From assembly GCF_902713615.1 (NCBI RefSeq), contig NC_052149.1, forward strand, positions 231,162,986 to 231,226,985: a stretch of DNA of 64,000 nucleotides, given 5' to 3'. A program made the translations under genes and the position numbers. This document shows, piece after piece, positions 60,028-64,000 of this stretch. Each line of letters starts with the position of its first letter. The first letter of the stretch is position 1. The DNA comes from Scyliorhinus canicula. Taxonomy: Eukaryota. The notes beneath the pieces were generated by a model. That model was not told the origin of the DNA, made no database searches, and saw only the letters and a program-made list of their open reading frames with translations.

Positions 60028-61735
60028 AATGGGACCTTAGGGGGAATTTTCCACCTCCTCAGTTGCATGTTCCTCAGCAGCACGCCGTCGCTGCCAGCGG
60101 GATTATTCATTCCAGCCGCTGGCCAATAGGATATCCCATTGTAGCTACCCACCCCCCCCCCCTCCACCGGGAAACCCCTGGGGGGCAGGGGGCACTGCCG
60201 GCGGATTGGAGAATCACGCCAGCGGAGAATTCACCCCCTTGTTGATTCTTGCTTATAATTTCCTTCCCCTTTCTCTGACTGGGAATGTGCCCATCAATAT
60301 TCCTCTGGTTCTTCTGTCAAATATATGGGTCTGGATTCACCGTTTTTGAGGTTAAGTGTCATCGCCGGCGTGGCAACTGTGGTGTTTTACAATCCAAGAT
60401 TGGCGCCGAACCCTCACCGATCCTGCAACTGGTGAGGGGTTAGCAGCCGCGACGGGTAACACTCCCGGCTCCCACTATATAAACGGCTGGAGAATGGCCG
60501 GGTTCGTGGTCGCACATGTGCACGGCGATGACCTCACCTCGCCGTGAAACATGGCACCGGCCGTGCGTGGACCCGACCTGCCAAAGAGTGCCCCCCCTTG
60601 GCCACCCCCCACCAATCCCCCCGCCTAGTATCTCCCGGCTGACTGTGGCACCGCTGGACACAGTCCATGGCCATCAGGCCGGGTTCCCGACTACGCGGTC
60701 GGGAACCCGGCCCAGCATGGGCGGAGTATCAGGGCGGGGCCTTCACCGTTCCTTCGCCGTTGGCGACGTGCCAACGCCGTTCGAATGGTGTGCAGTGTGC
60801 GACGTGATGATGCCATTTCGGAGGAGGCGGAGGACAGGAAACTGGCGTCAAACCAGCACTGCCCCCGATGTGGCCGTCGGATGGGATTCTTTGCCCAATC
60901 GCTGATTACGATATCGGCATCAGGGAACGGTGAATCCCGCCCATGATCTTCATATGTCATCCATGTAATTAACTTTGCCCAACCTCTCAAACCATGAGAT
61001 CATTGGGTGACAACCAGGAGAGTGAAATCCTGCCTGATTCTAACCACGTCCCCCTATTCCCCTCCCCCACTCTCACTCCCCTCTCTCCACTCACCACTGT
61101 CCTGGCTGAACAGTCTGGGGATTAGGGCCAGGATTCTCCCCTACCCCGCAGGGCGGGGGGTCCCGGCGTAGCGGAGTGGCGGAATTCTCCGCACCTTTAG
61201 GGGCTAGGCCCGCGCCGGAGTGGTTGGCGCCACGCCGACTGGCACCAAAACCGGCGCCAACGGCCTTTGACGACCGCCGGCCGGAGTCGGGGCTGACCGA
61301 AAGGCCTTCGCCGGTTCACACATGCGACGGTGCATCAGCTGCTGCTGACGTCACCACCGGCGCATGCGCGGTGGAGGGGTTCTCTTCCGTCTCCGCCATG
61401 GTGGAGGCCGTGGCGGAGGCGGAAGAAAAAGAGTGCCCCCACGGCACAGGCCCACCCGCCGATCAGTGGGCCACAATCGTGGGCCTGGCCACCGTGGGGG
61501 CACCCCCCGGGGTCCGATCGCCCCGCGCCCCCCCCCAGGACCCCGGGGCCCCGCTCGCACCGCCAATCCCGCCGCCACCAGAGGTGGTTGAAACCACGGC
61601 GGCGGGATTGGCCTGACAGCAGCGGGACTTCAGCCCATCGCGGGCCGGAGAATCGCCACGGGGGGCTCGCCGATCGGCGCAGCGTGATTCCCGCCCCCGC
61701 CAATTCTGGCCACACCGGGGGCGGGATTTTCGTTT
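60028..61735. mobile_element. Cluster of three GC-rich Harbinger-type MITEs (~60030-60238, ~60325-60942, ~61125-61730)
   Basis: GGG(N)GGATT(C/T)TCC / GGAGAATTCACCCC type termini. The last copy closely resembles 20547-21190. Confidence 0.6.
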
Positions 61736-62859
61736 GGAACTCTGCGAACAGAAATTGATGCTGAGTTAATTTCAAATCTGCTTCCGATATATTGTTCATC
61801 CGAGGGAATTGGAGGAAAAGGCCTCAGATCGGCCATGATCTCGTCGCATGAACGAGCGGCCAGAACAGCCATTTTCCTGTTCCCGTGGGTGAGTTTGGGG
61901 AGGTGATGGCATGGTGGGGCTGGCATTGTGGTTAAAGCCCTAGGGATCCGGTTTTGAATCCCACCTCGGCAGATGGTGGAGATTTGGATTCGGTGAAAGA
62001 TCTGGAGTTGACAGGCTGATGATGACCATGGAACCGTTGTTGTGAGAACCCATCGCGTACATCCATCAGGGAAGGAAATCTGTCGTCCTCGCCTGGTCTG
62101 GCCTACGTGTGACTCCATGTAATGCCAATAAGCACAGCAGAAACATCAAACCGGTTTGTTTACCTTCACCTCAGGGGGGCGGCAGTGAGTGAGTGAAATT
62201 CTTTGTTGTGAGTTCTTTCTCAAGAAGTCTCATTTCCCCATCTGGCCTGGTTTTGTTTTCACTGTATTAGAATAGGAGCAGGAGTAGGCCTCTCAGCCCT
62301 CAGGCCTGCTCTACCGTTCAATGATGTCATGGTTGATCCTCTACCTCAATTCCCTTTTCCCGCATTATCCCTGTATCCCTTAATCCCGAGTATCCAAACA
62401 TCTATCCAGCTCTGTTCTGAATATACTCATTGATTGAGCATCCACAACCCTCTGGGATAAATAATTCCAAAGATTCACAGCTCTTTGAGTGAAGAACTTT
62501 CTCCTCACAAATAGCCAACCTCCTTATCCCTGGATTGTGAGTCCAGGTTCTAGATTCCTCAGCCAAGGGGAATTTTTCTAAACCGGAAGGAATATAGGAC
62601 TGAGTCTGCTCAATTTCTCCCCTTTGTGGCTAATATCAGGACCTCCTGCATGGGGTTAGGGTGGCTGGATGTTTAATGGACATTAATCCACAAGACTGTC
62701 AAACAGGGCAACAGGAGAAGTCAAGAAAATTAATATTTTTTTTAACATTACACGATCCAGGGAGCCCGCAATCACATTCAGCCCCCTACAGAATGGAATG
62801 TCCCACCAACACGACAGATGTGTCTCCAGCAAGGCGTTCACGGGCGAGATTTTCTGGCT

Positions 62860-64000
62860 CCTTTTGGACTTGGATTTGGATATGTTTATTGTCACGTGTA
62901 CCGAGGTACAGTGAAAAGCATTTTTTTGCGAGCAGCTCAACAAATCATTCAGTACATGGGAAGAAAAGGGAATTAAACAAAATTCAAGAAAATATATAAT
63001 AGGGCAACACAAGATGTACAATGTAACTACATAAGCACTGGCATCGGTTGAAGCATACAGGGTGTAGTGTTAATGAGGTCAGTCCATAAGAGGGTCATTT
63101 AGGAGTCTGGTAACAGCGGGGAAGAAGCTGTTTTTGAGTCTGTTCGTGCGTGTTCTCAGACTTCTGTATCTCCTGCCCGATGGAAGAAGTTGGAAAAGTG
63201 AGTAAGCCGGGTGGGAGGGATCCTTGATTATGCTGCCCGCTTTCCCCCGGCAGCGGGAGGTGTAGATGGAGTCAATGGATGGGAGGCAGGTTCGTGTGAT
63301 GGACTGGGCGGTATTCACGACTCTCTGAAGTTCCTTGCGGTCCTGGGCCGAGCAGTTGCCATACCAGGCTGTGTTGCAGCCCGATAGGATGCTTTCTATA
63401 GTGCATCTGTAAAAGTTGGTAAGGGTTAATGTGGACATGCCGAATTTCCTTAGTTTCCTGAGGAAGTATAGGCACTGTTGTGCTTTCTTGTTGATAGCGT
63501 CGACGTGAGTGGACCAGGACAGATTTTTGGTGATCTGCACCCCAAGGAATTTGAAACTGCTAACCATCTCCACCCCAGCCCCGTTGATGCTGACAGGGGC
63601 GTGTACAGTACTTTGCTTCCTGAAGTCAATGGCCAGCTCTTTAGTTTTGCTGGCATTGAGGGACAGATTGTTGTCGTTACACCACTCCACCAGGTTCTCT
63701 ATCTCCCTCCTGTATTCTGACTCGTCGTTATTCGAGAGCCGGCCCACTATGGTCGTATCGTCAGCAAACTTGTAGATGGAGTTGGAACCAAGTTTTGCCA
63801 CGCAGTCGTGTGTGTACAGGGAGTAGAGTAGGGGGCTAAGTACACAGCCTTGCGGGGCACCGTTATTGAGGACTATTGTGGAGGAGGTGTTGGTGTTCAT
63901 TCTTACTGATTGTGGTCTGTTGGTCAGAAAGTCAAGGATCCAGTTGCAGAGTAGGGAGACAAGTCCTACGTTTTGGAGCTTTGATATGAGCTTGGCTGGG
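62860..64000 (-). mobile_element. Rex1/Babar-type LINE, 3' part with open RT frame (runs off the window end)
   Basis: ORF 63079..63900 GAPQGCVLSPLLYSLYTHDC...KFADDTT...WC..NNLSLN.SKTKE...RTNRLKNSFFP; (atccaa)-type tail near 62870. Confidence 0.88.

Overview
Repeat-rich vertebrate genomic DNA, most likely from a cartilaginous fish (shark/catshark-like, inferred from HE1/V-SINE-type SINEs, CR1-type LINEs and the layout of the CD74 gene). One host gene is clearly present: CD74 (MHC class II invariant chain) on the minus strand. I reconstructed eight coding exons by hand (56802 down to 34267) with consistent GT-AG sites and phases; the terminal exon(s) are unresolved. Between the trimerisation and thyroglobulin domains, an extra symmetric exon encodes a second CLIP-like peptide. 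Downstream of CD74 lies a decayed 8.9-kb retrovirus-like provirus (13588-22477, minus strand, 4-bp TSD AGAT). It has gag with a CCHC knuckle, an in-frame TGA, then protease, RT, tether, RNase H and integrase. It has no env, but carries an intact 101-aa small membrane-protein ORF where env would be. A related solo LTR is at 561-1829. Palindromic Penelope-type inserts carry hammerhead ribozyme cores. The rest is SINEs, CR1/Rex1/L1/other LINE fragments, Harbinger- and Tigger-type MITEs, a 1.5-kb G-rich minisatellite and one assembly gap. Repeat boundaries were read by eye and are approximate unless a TSD is given.
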